A DNA stretch of 64,000 nucleotides from Amphiscolops sp. MND2022 (Eukaryota): contig OZ076409.1 of the NCBI GenBank assembly GCA_964187785.1, positions 43,154,001-43,218,000 of the forward strand, written 5' to 3'. Shown here piece after piece: positions 37,886 through 51,780 of this stretch. The translations under genes and the position numbers were made by a program. The number at the start of each line of letters is the position of its first letter. Position 1 is the first letter of the stretch. The notes under the pieces are model-generated. The model had not been told where the DNA came from. It did no database searches and saw nothing but the letters and a program-made list of their open reading frames with translations.

Positions 37886-39699
37886 CTTTTAATGCAGCTG
37901 CGATCTCATCATGTCTGCAGCCATTTTAGATGTCAACTTCAGTCACTTCATAAATTTTTCAGAAACGTGAACTTCAGCGTGCAATTTGGCGAACAGTGAT
38001 TAAATATGAAACATTTAGGATACGAAAAAGTGAACTAAACATGCTACGTCACCAAAGTGATTGAAAGAACGAACCTTGCCTTGTTTTTATATAAAGTAAC
38101 CTATAACTTATATTTTGGAAGAAAAAGAAGCCAGAGCAGCTGGAGTATGTTCAGCATTGAATGAAATACAATCTTGAATTGAATTTCATGAATGACTGTA
38201 TTAAGAAAAGCAAAATCCAAATTTTAGCAGAAGAAATTTTTAATGCTTTACTCCACCAGCTTCTGCCATAAAAAATCAATAGCTTCACTTCTATTTCTAC
38301 GCGGCATATTATATGCAACTTGGCCAGGAGTTTTAACGAGAGTTTCTCTACGTGGTCAGCCAGTGTTCGAAGCCATGGTATCCTTGCCAAAAACAAGTTT
38401 CTATGGGCTTTTTCTTGGTTATTCCATTTTTTGTAGCAACCGAATAAGTCTTGTATGTATCAATATAGTATCGAAAATAATCCAACAGATCAAGCAACGG
38501 TTAGAAACTGTTAACGAAAAACAAAAAGTTGAAGATTGAATCTTAAAGAGTTGTTTCCTCTTTTCTGTTGATATTAGGATCACATTAAAGTTTTTAACAA
38601 TTAAAACTTTTGCGGCGTCGAAAAGCCACATAAACCAAAAGCACTGCGCTGAATGGATGACCTAAGAACTAGACAAATTAACACTGATTTGAAAAACTGA
38701 TTGAAAACATTTTTACAGAGTGAAATGCTGAAGAAAGTGAAAGTTTGAAAGTTTCTCGTTTAATCATTTCAGGTAACTCTCGCTATTAAAGGCTTCTCTA
38801 GAGCTGAAAAAGTGATGTTATAGTGTTCAAACTTCCAACATCATTCTACCTATATTGCACATGATTGCGATATTTTTGCTTGAGAAAGTTATCCTGCACG
38901 CTAGGATTTGGACTTGTCGTTTGGTTGAGCAGATCAACCACGCTACCCCTCATCGAGACAGCTAAGTTGATCCCTCTGTAGTTTAGAATTTCAAAGCTAC
39001 TTTATATTTGTGAAACAGAATGTGTGCCAAGTCAAAGTTACAGTATTTGCTTCACCGACTTAGGAAATTGCTCAAAGTATCGCCAACTAATTTTTTTATT
39101 GGAGATAGATGCGATATCATCTATTCAAAGCTTCAAAAACCAGAAACTTGTCAATTTCTGATAGCCAAGGAAAAGGGCTCGAAATAACAAATTTTAACAA
39201 TTTATCACAGCTTGGAGCTAAAGTTGAACACGTTTACAATTTTATACCCAAGAAAGGTCTTTATCCGACCTTGCAAACCTTTTATTAACGAAAGCTGAAA
39301 GGGCTTTGTACTTGGTACGCCACTCTCAGCCTCATAAAGCAAAAGAAGTTGGTTCTTTACTAGAGTTCTGGTCAAGAAGGCTGGAAATTCAGAGGAATTT
39401 CGAGGCAAGTGTTTGATAGTAAAGACTTGAAGAAAGATAACGTTCATTGAATTCCAACGCATTGAGTGGAATGACCGATATTCTGAAAAGCAAGATACTT
39501 TACAACAGATAATGTCTGGAGATTGAAAGGGAAGGACATCTCAGAGTAAATATGTGTAGTGAAGTTTGCAAGTGTCTGTATTTTTCTTGGAAAAATCAGT
39601 TTAGAATTGTCCGCAAGTTGTCAACCAGGCAATCGGAAAGCTTGGTAAGTGTTATTAGCAGTTTACCTTGCAGACGTAACTGTTGTCTTCAACTTGCCC

Positions 39700-40560
39700 C
39701 GATTTATTGTGTTTGTAGCTCTTTTTTTGTATTTAATGGTTGATAAATTCCCACAAATCTGTTTGATCTGCTGACCGATTCACCGTCTATTCGAGCAGTT
39801 TCTTCACAACTTCTTTTGTTTGGTCTAGACGTTATCGAAATTGCTCTGCTGCTTGTCTCAAGCCAAAGCAAATCATTGTACATTTCCTTTTTTCGAACAA
39901 GTACACTTTTGGGTAAATCAATTTCGCTATCGCTAGGTATAAACGTGACAAGTTAGTTGAACTTTCACTTGTTTTCGTGAAGTTTCCCATTTTTCCGTGA
40001 TTGGTTTGTGACTTGTTTGTAAAAATTAGGTTTTACGTATCTTTGGTAGTGTCTCTGGCTCTCTCTGATACGTGCGCTTAAATATCGACTGCCGAATGCT
40101 ATTGGTTTCACTTCTCAGTCTGATTGCTTTTGCCAAAGTGCAATTCCAAGCCCTTCCTAAGCGTCGCTTGTATTTTTGCGGGTTTCCTTGCAGCTTTGAT
40201 AATTTGAAAGTTGCATTCGTTTTCAATTTATGTGTGTCTCCGCGAGAGATCATCTGGTGTTTCGGTTCTGATTGATTAGCTCACAAACATTCTCTTTGTT
40301 ATGACATGCAATTGTTTTCTTGAAGACGTATTCATTGACTAGTCGAATAAAGTCGTTGATCGCTCCTTTTTCCAGTTTTGTATTTTTTTGTTCGTGTAAT
40401 TTGGTAAGGACCTTCCTGGCCGATTCTTCTCGAATTTCTCATACTTATTGGGCCAACTGTTTTGTGTCATGTAACTTCGTTTGATTTGATTTTTACCTAC
40501 TCTCTGATTCTCTATTGTTTCGAGGTGAATATCAGTTTGCTGTTGGTGGTTGTTGCTTCG
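39700..40560 (-). pseudogene. Heavily deleted Ty3/Gypsy remnant
   Basis: Minus strand 40168-40078 reads, with a small frameshift, DA.RKGLGIALWQKQSD*EVKPIAFGSRYL, a Gypsy RNase H motif. Boundaries approximate. Confidence 0.6.
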
Positions 40561-41639
40561 AAAATGGGTATTTCGATCAATTTGGGGTTCGAGCTTTTCC
40601 CATATGGTCGAATTTTGTTTTTTTTTCGCGGATTCCGTGACAAGTGCCGAATTTTCAAACTTGTGAGACAGTTTTCTGAAAACTGAGAATAGATATGGTT
40701 ACCATTTTTTCGCTAAAAAATTCGCAAGATCCTGGGCTACATTTTCGCCGAAAAAAAATCGATTTCTTGGTTTTTTGCAAAGAAGTTTTGAAAAAACGCA
40801 ATTTTTGAGTGTTTTTCCTCTTTGATCCCCTATAACTCAAAACTGAGACCGAATACAGAGTCCATGGTGTCTTAAGCATTTTGTAGGCCCAAATTTAGTC
40901 TGAAAACGACGTCAAAATTTTTTCAATACTCAGTTTTTCGGGCAAAAATGGGATGAAAAAAGTCTGATTTTTTCCCATTTGTAGCTCATATTTCTCAAAA
41001 CTATTACAAATACCAAAAACCATTCTCTCGCAAGAATTATAGCGAAGATGTAGGCATAATTGTTTACTAAAAAGTTTCCGCTATCAAGTATGACGCCTTC
41101 GTTTTTCTGCTTGATTTTTTTTTCATTTGTTATTACTTCTTTTGAACTTGAGCTCTTTTATAACAGGACCGAGAGCAAAAACGGAGTCCATGGTTTCGTA
41201 AATTGAATGAGGGTTCTGTAGGCTACGTTTAGGGCTAAAAGTGAGGGCGAAACTTTTTTGATTTGAGGCAAATAAAAGGATGAAAAGAAATATCTCTTTT
41301 TCTTCCATTTTGTAGCCGATTTTTATCAGAACTGGGAATAGATGATGTCGTAATCAATTTCACTGTTATGAGTTGTACTTGGTTGCGCGAATTCGACTAC
41401 TCAATTTAATTCCAGTTCGAGGGCTATTTTCTAGCGTTTCCTGAGCGTTTCTAGCGTCGGGGTTCCTATGTAGCCTACCGGACCGTCGATCCACCACGGT
41501 GGAATATCCTTTCTCCTGCCTACTAAGAGTATTATGAATGGATGAAATCACTAAGTGCTGCACTTTTTGCTGCCAGTATCTGAGACTTGATGTCTGATCT
41601 GATTTCATCTAGCCTGATTAGTTTTCTCATCATTGAACA

Positions 41640-42920
41640 TTCTAGTTGTTTCAATGATCATCTTCCTGTTTTCTCAACTAATTGTATTGAGCAGTTATCT
41701 GAAACCTTCACTCATTCATTTTGTACTACTTTGTAGCTACTATACTCTAGATCCAAATCTACATATTTTCATTCTGTTCATCTCTCACTTCTCTTCTAGA
41801 ATAACCTCCCAGCATTATATCTACCTTTTCTCAATCAGACTTTACGTCTGATTGTCTAGAACGTTTTTCTCGTGCTTTTTACTTTCTAGTAGAAACCATC
41901 CGGGAAAGTATTGATTGCAATAGTTTTTTGTGAAACGATTGATATTTATCAACAGTAAGTAGAAAAGGCAATCAATGGAATGGTAGCTGTGATATCAACA
42001 GCGTTTCACTTGTATCTTGTGATAACAATTGTCTCTTTTAGACGGTCAGTACATATAGCTAGCAAAGTCCGACAAGCACAATTATGATGTTTAACGTTCT
42101 AAAAAAGTCTCTATGGTCACAAAACGACCCTATTTGAGGTGACGTAAAAATTACCGCACTATATGATCATGGTGTAAAAACAGTATCAAAGGTATATGGG
42201 GTAAAGTTGGCGGTTAGATCAACAGCTCTGGAGCTTACATGGCAACTCAAATGCGTTATTTACATGTTGATAATTTTAATGTCAACAATACAAGTTACTT
42301 GAAGTGAGAGGAAACAAAAAGCGCTTGTAATTATACCGCGACGGACACTAAGTCCATCTGGCTAGATGAAACGATAGCTCCACTCTCTTTGGCTAATTGA
42401 TTCTTGGACAGCGTGTACATCAATCAATAGCATTGAATCATTTGACTTTACTAATTACCAGCACTTCAACATAATATCAGGCACAAAATGAAACATTTAG
42501 GTAATAAAATATTGTTTTTTTGGTAGTTGAAAAAAATCAGTTTTGATGAAGTCGTACGGACTGAGGTTCCGCATGGTTTAAAGAGGGCGGCCTCCATTGG
42601 AGTTTCAGGTCTGATGTAGCAGCTGGGACTGGCGGTTCACACGGTTCAAATAGGCAATACCATTGACTGGGGATTTGTTAAACTGTCTTCACCTACGATT
42701 TGGTAAAAGTTACAGTCACATGCGGCAGCCTGCGACACTCCCCTAGAGACAAAGAGCACTGTCCCCTGCTCCTTTCCAGCTAAACAGGTGTCGCGTCTCC
42801 GTTGCCGTTCTTGATACCTTTCGTTGCGACTTGACAAAGACTCCATGTAAATCAATACAGCTGTTTCTTTAATTTGTTCATAGCTGCAGCCACAAACAAA
42901 ACAATTAACAAACACTGACA
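41640..42920 (-). repeat. Unclassified dispersed repeat with decayed coding character
   Basis: Colinear with 56850-57660 and 60400-61600 (e.g. catccgggaaagtattgatt, cttacatggcaactcaaatgcgttatttacatgttgataa, catggtttaaagagggcggcctc). Confidence 0.75.
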
Positions 42921-44094
42921 CGTTGAGCTCTCCACAGCGTTTGGTGATCCGTACACTAATTCCTTGTATGTGGGAGTTGACCGGAGCAGAGTAATCGGCC
43001 TTATTCTCTCAGCGGGGGCGATAGTGGAGAGTCTACCACCGGTGATAAGGTTGCGCAGCGATAAATCCAGCAATTGCTGACTTGTCTGCTTGGTCCAGCT
43101 CCCTTTTCCACTTTGTTCGTTTGAAGCTCTCCCGACAAAAGATCATCATAATCCTCCTCCTCGTCTTGCTACTGCGCCTTCAGATTGCGGTTCCGTCCCT
43201 GCTACGGAAAGGTGTCGACGTTCACGTCCATAAACTCATCTGTAGATAAGAAAGAAGGGCTCACTAGAGAACTGGTGTTTTTCAAAAGAAAATTTAAGAT
43301 CCATTTCGTTTCGTTATTGATGCACAAGTAAGTCTTTAGCATTTTTGATGCGTTTAGATAACAACTGATTGTTATCACAGAGTCGGTCAGAACTACTTGT
43401 TTTTGTCTAACTGTTTTACCCTTTTCGCGGGGAAGTTTCGCAAAATCCGCTGATCTCATCAAACCATCTAGGTAAATTCTTTCCTTCTCAAAAATTTGAT
43501 GATGAGCTTATACTCGTAATAACTTTGAGTGCCTTTTGGTTTGTTTACACAGCAGGTAGAGAGTTATCCATTCAAAGAAAGTGTGTCAACAAAGACTAAC
43601 TATTGGTACATAATAGTCACCATCAAAGACTGTCGGTCCGTGCGACTAGAGCCACTGAACTGACCAATCATGCTCTTTTGACCAATGAATGAACAGTTTA
43701 AGATGATCTTTTTGTAAATATATTTTTGTGTTTTGGGAATTAGAGAAAATGGTAAAAGAAGAATCAAAGAAAGGTAGACTATAAACTGAATAACTGACTA
43801 AGATCAGTTCAGGACTATTTCCGACAGAAGTCTTCACCCAACTTCTGAACGTCTGGAACTACAAAGTCAGTTTCCCTGTCATGAAGATAACATCAGGTAA
43901 GTTTTTTCCAAGTTGGTCTTTCATTAAACTTGATTATGTTTTACTTAGGACCAAACTTTACTTTCTCCTCCGTGAATTTTTTTCATGCTGAAACATTGAA
44001 TTCAATAATCTTACTTCCGGATGCTTTCAAACTGCAGTAAGATGGACTTGTTTGCTGGGAGTGGAACGCGAAAGCTAATCTCTTTTCGTATTCT

Positions 44095-44930
44095 GACATT
44101 TCAGTGGGAAGTGAAAAACCTACTACGAAAAGTGGCCGCTGGAATTAAGACGCTGTATGCCATTCGTGATCTTTTTCCTGAAAAAACTTGTCTTCTGTTA
44201 CTGAATGCTCTACTAATGAGTCATCTCCAGTACTCGGCTATCTTATTAAATGGAATTCCCGAAAATTTATTAACAATTTTAGAAAAACAAATCAGCTGGG
44301 CTGTAAAAGCTTGTTTCAACCGAATGAAATACGATCATTCATTGAATCTCAAACTCAAGCATGATATATTACCAATACGCTATTTTTTGAACATGAAAAC
44401 TACATTATATTTCTGGAAATTCATGCACAAAATGATTCCCGTATTAGCGAGAGAAAATCAGCCACCCACAGCTATGATACGAAAGCAAGAAAGAATAAAT
44501 CAAATATATATCGACATCACACCAAAAACTGCTTTCTTGAAACATAGTTTTTTCAACAGCGTGGTCAAAATATGGAATACTTTACCAGAAGAACTGAAAA
44601 CAAATCAATTCACTTACATCACAGCTAAAAGAATATGCAAAAACATTTTTTTCGAGAAATTCAAAACTGAAGTTGAAATACCCGAATTTACCCAGAAGTG
44701 TTGGAAAGAATTTGGATTTCTTTAATTATCATTTTCTGCTTATATAACTTGAATAGTTTTTTAATCTCTGATCTGTACAATATTTTAAACTCACACTGCT
44801 TTGTTTCAAAACTATCTTTCATGATTTAGCAACAAAGGTCGAATACAGTGTTTTTTCGTTTGGAAAAAAAACTGGCCAATCATCCCAAACTGTAGTTGAA
44901 GCTGATTTGACGACCAGCAAATCTTCACCT
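44095..44930 (+). mobile_element. 5'-truncated non-LTR retrotransposon (CR1/L2-like ORF2 C-terminus plus 3' UTR)
   Basis: EVKNLLRKVAAGIKTLYAIR...LLLNALLMSHLQYS...SFFNSVVKIWNTLPEELK matches the post-RT thumb region pattern of LINE ORF2; stop at 44725. The 3' end is approximate. Confidence 0.85.
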
Positions 44931-44979
44931 CGTTAGAACCTTTTCGAAGTCACAGTCCCAGCCAGCAATCTTGTTGACG

Positions 44980-47600
44980 ATCCTGAAGCAATGGACATTG
45001 AGTCCATGCAGTCAGCGACAAGGCCCGCGCAGTCTCCTCTTACGAGACTTCTAGAAAAAGACAGTAGTGACTCAAATGAAAGTTGCCAAGCCTATTTCAC
45101 ACGGAAAATGGCGAGCGTTGGAACTGAGTCCGGTAATCAAGAACCCCAGAAGTGAAGAGTCACGTTCCTCGAGAAAATCGAATCTACCCTATAGCACTTA
45201 CTCCAAGTCAGCAACGAACTGGAAATACAATCCAGCTGGAACGCTTTGTCCCCAGAGTTAGGTTTCTGGATACAACTCCAATCCCATCAGAGGATACGCT
45301 TTGCGGGGCCCCAATTATGAATGTCAAACTGACTCAGTTTTTTAGACATCACTCTCCTCCGCCGTGTACTTACTGTCAACGGCCATCCTCACTGGTATCC
45401 GGTCCCACTTGCTTCGTCTCCCGCACCACGGAATATGAGCAACCTACATCTTCGCTTGGAGTCCCTCCAAGTAGCAGTTCCGACATGGGTCTAGACACTG
45501 ACATGGAGTCCACCAATGTCGCCGGTTCCACTTTCACAGAACCCATGGCAGCAGGGATGACCCAACATCAGGTGGATTGCAGTGACAACTCGAGCAGTGT
45601 TACACCTGTCAAACTCGCTCGAGACTCAAAGTCCCAACCATTCAGGGCCAGTAGCCGAGCATTGCGGAAGGAGCATTTCATCTCAAGTGAGCCCTTCAGC
45701 TTACCCCCAGGCCATCCCACAATCGCGTTTACTGAAGACCATGTCAGTAGCGTGTTGAGAGTTGTCACCAATGAAACCGCCAGGGCTTTTCACTACATGT
45801 TAGAAAACCTAATTCAGAGGGCTAGTCTGCTGAGGTTGGAGTCACAGTCTACTCAGCCGAAAACTGGCACGAAAACTGAACACGAACGATATGGAGGCGA
45901 CAACGTTCACTGCAAAACGTATGAAAGTACAGGGCATGACCACTGTGACACAAGCGGGGCATTCCGCAGTGATGATGATTTCAAGAGATTTGGCTACTCC
46001 TACAAGCTATCTTATCTGAACCTCGCCCAATGGCAAGACCAAGCATCAAGTACCTTTTCCTTGTGTCATTGAAACTTGAAGCCGGATCGAAAAACGGATA
46101 AGGCCGTCATTGAAACGGATAAGGCCTCTCGCCCCAATGGACAACGAAATCGTTTCATTTCTTCCTCCCGAGGTACTGGCAGCAGGAGAAAAGTCACTCG
46201 CTCCTGTGAGAGCATGACGGAGGTGAAATTCAAAGGGATGGAATGGAAAAAGACTTTCGTCTCTGGCCCTGTGCACCCACGGTGGAGCCCCTGCAAGTTC
46301 TCTGCCAAATTTGCAAAGCAAATATATCAATATTTGGGAAAGGAGACAAGGATATCTTGAGACATCATTCTACCAAAAAGCACCTCCAAAAGGACCATCG
46401 CTGGCGTTATGAGCACCTGGCCAGAACAGACCCTTTCACGAAGTTGAAGGTTCATCAAGTCTGGGACAAAGGAGGCAAGCTTCCTACGCCATATCAATTA
46501 AAACGTGAGTTTTCCACATTCAAAGACGCAGAATTAGTGGACATTGGGGAGAAGCTCTCCTATTACGACAAGTACACGTCTGGTATTGACTTTAAGCCTC
46601 TTCTGCGAACCATCGTCTCGGACGCTGATTTCTGTCTATTGCTGGTTTCTCCCCAGTTAGGGTGACCTAGACTTTTTCAAAAAAATTCTGCAGCGTTGTG
46701 AGCGTCATCTTCAGCATCAGTCTCTATTCACCGGCATGGATTGGGTGAAAGAACGGCTGTCTGTAAGTGTTTTTAATGCTCAACATTAAGACCTTTAGTA
46801 ATTAGCACAAAAGACACTCGCTCATTTGACCAGAGTAATTTTCTTTCTTGATAGGTTCGTTAACTTTAGGTGATCTTTCCATATGTTTCTCGAGATAGTC
46901 AAAAACAATGGCACACTTGTGGCTGCGACTTCTGAATACTCCTTTGGATTTGACAACGACGGGGTATTCTTACTGCTATTCATCCGATAATGGCGCGACG
47001 ATCAATTGTGTCGGGTGTTTCTCCGACGGACTGGACGTTTAAAGGGCTAAATCCGTGCCGAGGTATGCCGCATAGATGGGGTGATGGGTGCCATTTCATC
47101 TTTTCCAAACCCCAATAGCTGCACCAGGTGTAACTTCCGCACTATTCGTTTGCTGGACCAATGCCTATATACGCATTTCGGTCCACAAAGTCCTTCACGT
47201 TTCGACGAGCTCTCTTTACCCACTCCAATGCGCAAGAACAACCACAGTGTAAACGGGAAAAGAAACTTTTCCTCTAAACTAGGCTTTCTGGTCGTGTCAC
47301 TAGGGGGAAGCCTGGAACGTGAGTGGGATGCTACTCTCCTCTGAACTTTTTAATGTTGATCATCAAACTGCAAGTCTCGTTTTTTCACATACCATATAGT
47401 TGCTAATGTTAAACCGTTGGTTTGGGCAATCCGATCCTACCAGCTTGACCTTACCGGTCTGCCAGTCATGTGTCAAGAGCACCTACGCTATTGGACACAG
47501 GTAATTGAATTCCTCAGTAAACAGGCTACAACACACGAGATGCAGGGGGTTAGGAAACAGGTAAGTATTCCCTAACCCCTTACCCATTTCATGGTATTCA
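44980..47600 (+). pseudogene. Degenerate ORF(s) with BED-like zinc finger, probable transposon remnant
   Basis: Low-complexity ORF 45152-46072, then EWKKTFVSGP.. and CQICKANISIFGKGDKDILRHHSTKKH (C-x2-C...H-x4-H) across frameshifts. No catalytic domain recognised. Confidence 0.45.
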
Positions 47601-48889
47601 ATACTCCTAGTTTTATCCTCAAAGTCTACAGTGGTCAATTGTGTAAGGCGATCTGTTTCGATGCCACTTGGAGCTGTTCAACCGATTAGTTCGAGACTGT
47701 AAGTAAACTACCCCGATTGCGGTTGTTTGTAGTTAGTTCTGGTAATTTCTTTGGAGCATTTGATCTAGGCAACCTACTTGTTGACCTGATTACTCAGTCT
47801 ACCTATTGCTTGAAACAACTTTTCAACTACTTGCTTTTCAACAACTTTTCCAGCTACGTGGGATCTTCCACTGAGACGAGGAGTTGAAATATGCCGAGGT
47901 GTACATTTTTTTCCTCGACGAGCTGGAGTAATTGCACCCAACATTGAACAGACCAAATTGCTCTATTCGGACAACATTGAAAAAATGTCTACGGCCACAC
48001 CAAACCAAAATCTTCCGCCCGAATTGTTTGTGGCTTGACGAGCCTCTCTTTTTTTCGGCAGTTCAATTTAGTCCAGTTAACAATGATCATCCAAAAATTC
48101 AACGTTCGGCAATCAACATCTTTGCCCCAATACTATCTTATTTGTGTAATGCCCTCAGCCGAGTCGAAGTGTTCACCTCCGAACACTTCGAACCACCGAA
48201 CACATCTATCCTCAAGTTTTTTCCCCTGGAGCCTACTTTTGGAACCATTGGCCTTATCAACTGGTATAGTCCCTAGTATCAGCTAGAATAATTTGGCCAG
48301 ATCCAAATCCAGAAATCCATTGAACCAGTCGCATCCAACAGTCGTGAAGCTTCAACGACTCCAAGTCACCGTGGAATTAGTAGGGCCCTCGTTCCGTTTC
48401 ATGTCCCCAAGCCAAGAAGACTTTGTAGCAATCTTCTGACAGAGCAAGAAATGGCTGATGCAGCCAACCGCTTAAGTAGTGGTTTCGATAAATCTTAATT
48501 GTACAATATGTACAATTGTGAAGGATTTTGTAATTTGTTTTACATAGACTTTCGATGTATTTATTATTCGTGTTCGTTTGTTGCCGCTATTTATTTCTTT
48601 TGGATTTTCAGTCTGATAGTCAGTCAAGTACCGAAATAGATACTATTATTAATTATAAACGGGGCCTTAAATTTACGAACCCGACAAGTACCTGTAATCA
48701 TCAGTGAATTTGGGGGTGGGGTTAGGTCAAAAGTTTTATTTTCCTCAACTAGGACTTTCATTTTCTACAATCAAAAATTTCATCGTCCAATTTTCAAGCA
48801 AGACAGTAGTTTTTGGTCAGGACACCATTTTCATTTCCGTTTGGCCGTATAGACTGAAAGTCCACGATGGTGGAATCTTTGTTCCATTA

Positions 48890-49681
48890 CAGTGCACAGG
48901 CAAGCTATTTTGCTGTTTTCGTGGAATCCGGGACACGAAAATTGAGAAAAGTCGTGGAATCCAGGACAAAATTTCTCTTTGATGTTAACGGTGTCTTGGA
49001 TTCCACGACAGTGCTTGTCCTGGATTCCACGCCAATACTGCTGCTATAATGACACTCTTGCTGCTGCTCTCTGATTGGTCCGCTGATTTTGAGTAATCAT
49101 TTTATATTGATTCAATTTTATATCAAAGGAAACTGTTTTGATCGACACGAAAAATCCAAGAAGTACGAATAGAGATACTCGTGACTGGTACCAAAATTGA
49201 AGCATGTCATTAAAAAGTGGCAGATTGGGATGATCTGGCAGTTTGTTCAAAACTGGTACTAAACTGAAAAATCTAAAAATTTTGTGTGATATTGGTGTGA
49301 TTGTCTGAATCATTTTGAATTAATATATGAAAAGTAGTGCATAATATTATGTTTGTTCAGTCTACCACTTGAATTTAATTAAAGGAGAGATGCCGCGTAT
49401 CGCGTCAAGCATAAAGTCGTGGAATCCAGGAAATTTATGATTTCTGCAATCTGATTGGTTCATTTCGCAAAACTTACGTTTTTGTGGAATCCGAGACACC
49501 GCTGCATGCCGACAGTTCGTACAGCTAAGCATTTGTTACTGGAATCCACGACTAAATCCGTGGAATCCGGGACAATTGACGTAATTTGCCAATTTTGCAC
49601 GGTTAAAGGTATGGTCGTGGAATCCGAGGTATTGAACGCACTATGTTGCGCTTTGAGCAAATAAGGCTTGCCTGTGCACTC
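48890..49681. mobile_element. Tc1/mariner-like MITE, copy 1
   Basis: ta|CAGTGCACAGGCAAGC ... GCTTGCCTGTGCACTC|ta; internal (g)tggaatcc repeats. Confidence 0.85.
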
Positions 49682-49734
49682 TAATGTCTGCTGGCTAACA
49701 TTACCATCAGGGGCGTAAGAAGAGCCTATGCTTA

Positions 49735-51780
49735 AATTGCCTGATTCGATTCATAGTTTGCGTTTTATTGAATTTCAGTTTTGCGAACAATGTATGTTTC
49801 ATTCAGTAAAAGCTTTTCAACATTACCAGGTCCGATCCACCTCTTATTCCGAAATGGAGTTTTTGATCGTTGATGGTCAGCAATATGTTGTAATATGAAA
49901 CTGTAGTCATTTTGTTGCAAAGGTGCTGCATTGGCCTTCAGGTCATATTACTCTTTATGTTTCGTATAGGGTTGCATGATGTTTTTTTTGTAGAATCAAT
50001 TAGTACTTTTGTTCGTCTCTAAAATTAGGTAGTAAAGTCTGTGGTTGGTAAGCCCTTCGGCTTTTGATTGAGGCCCAGTTTGCGGTCTAACATAGTTTAT
50101 GGAATTCGGTCGTAGAAACTTCTTGAGGGTGCACAGCGTCGCGTGATAGGTCGTGTTATTGTTTGGATCGACCAGTGGCAAGTATTTATGACACTGTTGC
50201 CGGTACTCCCTCGAGGCCGTTTTAAAGTTTGTTTTAAATCTAGCGTGAGTACGTTCCTGTTTAGCAATACTTAGTGGATGTTTTGTTGTTGCATATTTGA
50301 TTTGATTCCAAGGATTTGAGCAATTTTTGAGACAAACTTTGACGTAAACGCTGTTCCTTTGTCAGTCATCGAAGTGGTTGGTAAATAACTATGTTTAAGT
50401 ATTATTTCAAAAAAACCTTGCCGTGTTTGTGGCCGATGCGTCCGTAACTGTGTGTGCGCAAAATTATTTTGAGAATACGTCCATTGCACTTATGATTTGT
50501 TCATATCCAACGCTGGGGGTAAGTTCAGTAACAAATCGAACTCAATGCCTTCATCGGGACCCCAATCTCATTCTGGTAGGTTAAGCAATTCGGGATCATG
50601 GACAAACTAGGAATTCTTCTGTCCTTAATGCAAATTTTGCAGTCTCGAACATTCTTTTTGACAATTTTTGCTATGCAAGGATGATAGTATTTTTGTCGAA
50701 TCTCTATTAGCAATTTGGAAATTCCAGGGTGTTTATTTGCTTTCCCGTGGAGAGCTTCAAGTAGTTCAGTCACAAATTTTTTGTTAATAACTTTTGATTG
50801 TACGTTACAGAGCCCGCTTCGTCGAAATTTTGTCTAGAAATAATGGCTTCCATGGTGGACAGCCGGTCTAGTTGGCAAGTATAACGTTGGTAACTTGCAG
50901 TAATATGGTCTCTGAGTATTCTGCTTTCAGTACTTGGAGTCTGAGTTGTTGTAAGGTGATGTCGTTGTTTTGTTCAATGACTACTGCGTTAATTTTATGA
51001 AAATTTTTGGAAGGTTGAATGTTTTTGTATTTGCTGGCGTACTGAAGTTGTCGAAAGAAATGTCCAGCAATTGATTTGATGGACGTGTAGATGAATCGGT
51101 GTTGTCGGATTGTGTTTTCTAATTCTGAAGATCAATTTCTCTTTTGGAAATTTTTCCGGAAAAGTTAAGTGATCAGCTGTCGTGTTGGTTTTTCCAAAAA
51201 ATGCGCAAAAGTAAAATTGAACTGAATTACGTGATTATACGCTTTCCAGAGAGTAAGAGGAATGAGTTTTGTTTGAAAAATTGTGTGACTGATTTGTTGT
51301 CTGTTAGTATATTTGCCAACCTCGAACGCAAAAAAGTATTGCAAAGAATTTTTTGGCGTATATGGACAATATAAATTGGGTAAGACTGAAGGTCTTGGAT
51401 CCATAAGCAACTGGTGCAAAGGTTTTCCTCGTAGAAGTATACTTCTCTAGTGGATTGTCTTCGAGAAGAACTACATAACCTGCGACCGAGAAGCTAGCAT
51501 CTGTCATGAGGGCTATTTGTTTATTTAGCAGAGGTTGTTTGAGTGTTAAATCACATATCGGTCAAGTAGTCTTGTCGATGTTGGTGATCTATTCCAACAG
51601 GACCGGTGATATTAGGAATTTTTCGCTGTTTTCCAGTAGTTTGAAAAACGGTGAGCCTCGAGATGTAATTTTGGTAGAAATCTCTGCATCCCAAGTAAGA
51701 CTGAAGAGCTTTCTTAGATATCGGAAATTACGTCTATTCCAGGAAGTTTTGGACCCTGGTCTGTTGGCTTCACCCCAGCA
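49735..51780 (-). pseudogene. pol: Ty3/Gypsy pol remnant (RNase H, integrase), copy 1
   Basis: MTDASFSVAGYVVL..APVAYGSKTF (RH); LHGKANKHPGISK..YYHP..CKIC (IN zinc finger); TDKGTAFTS (IN core); RWIGP (GPY/F-like). Confidence 0.9.

Noticed and set aside
44021..44094. N-terminus of the 234-aa ORF as a real protein start
   Set aside because: LINE similarity begins around LTFQ (~44095); the upstream part is flanking sequence read through by chance.
45152..46072. Intact 306-aa host gene
   Set aside because: GTG start, low-complexity sequence, and it continues into frameshifted zinc-finger sequence; more consistent with a decayed element.
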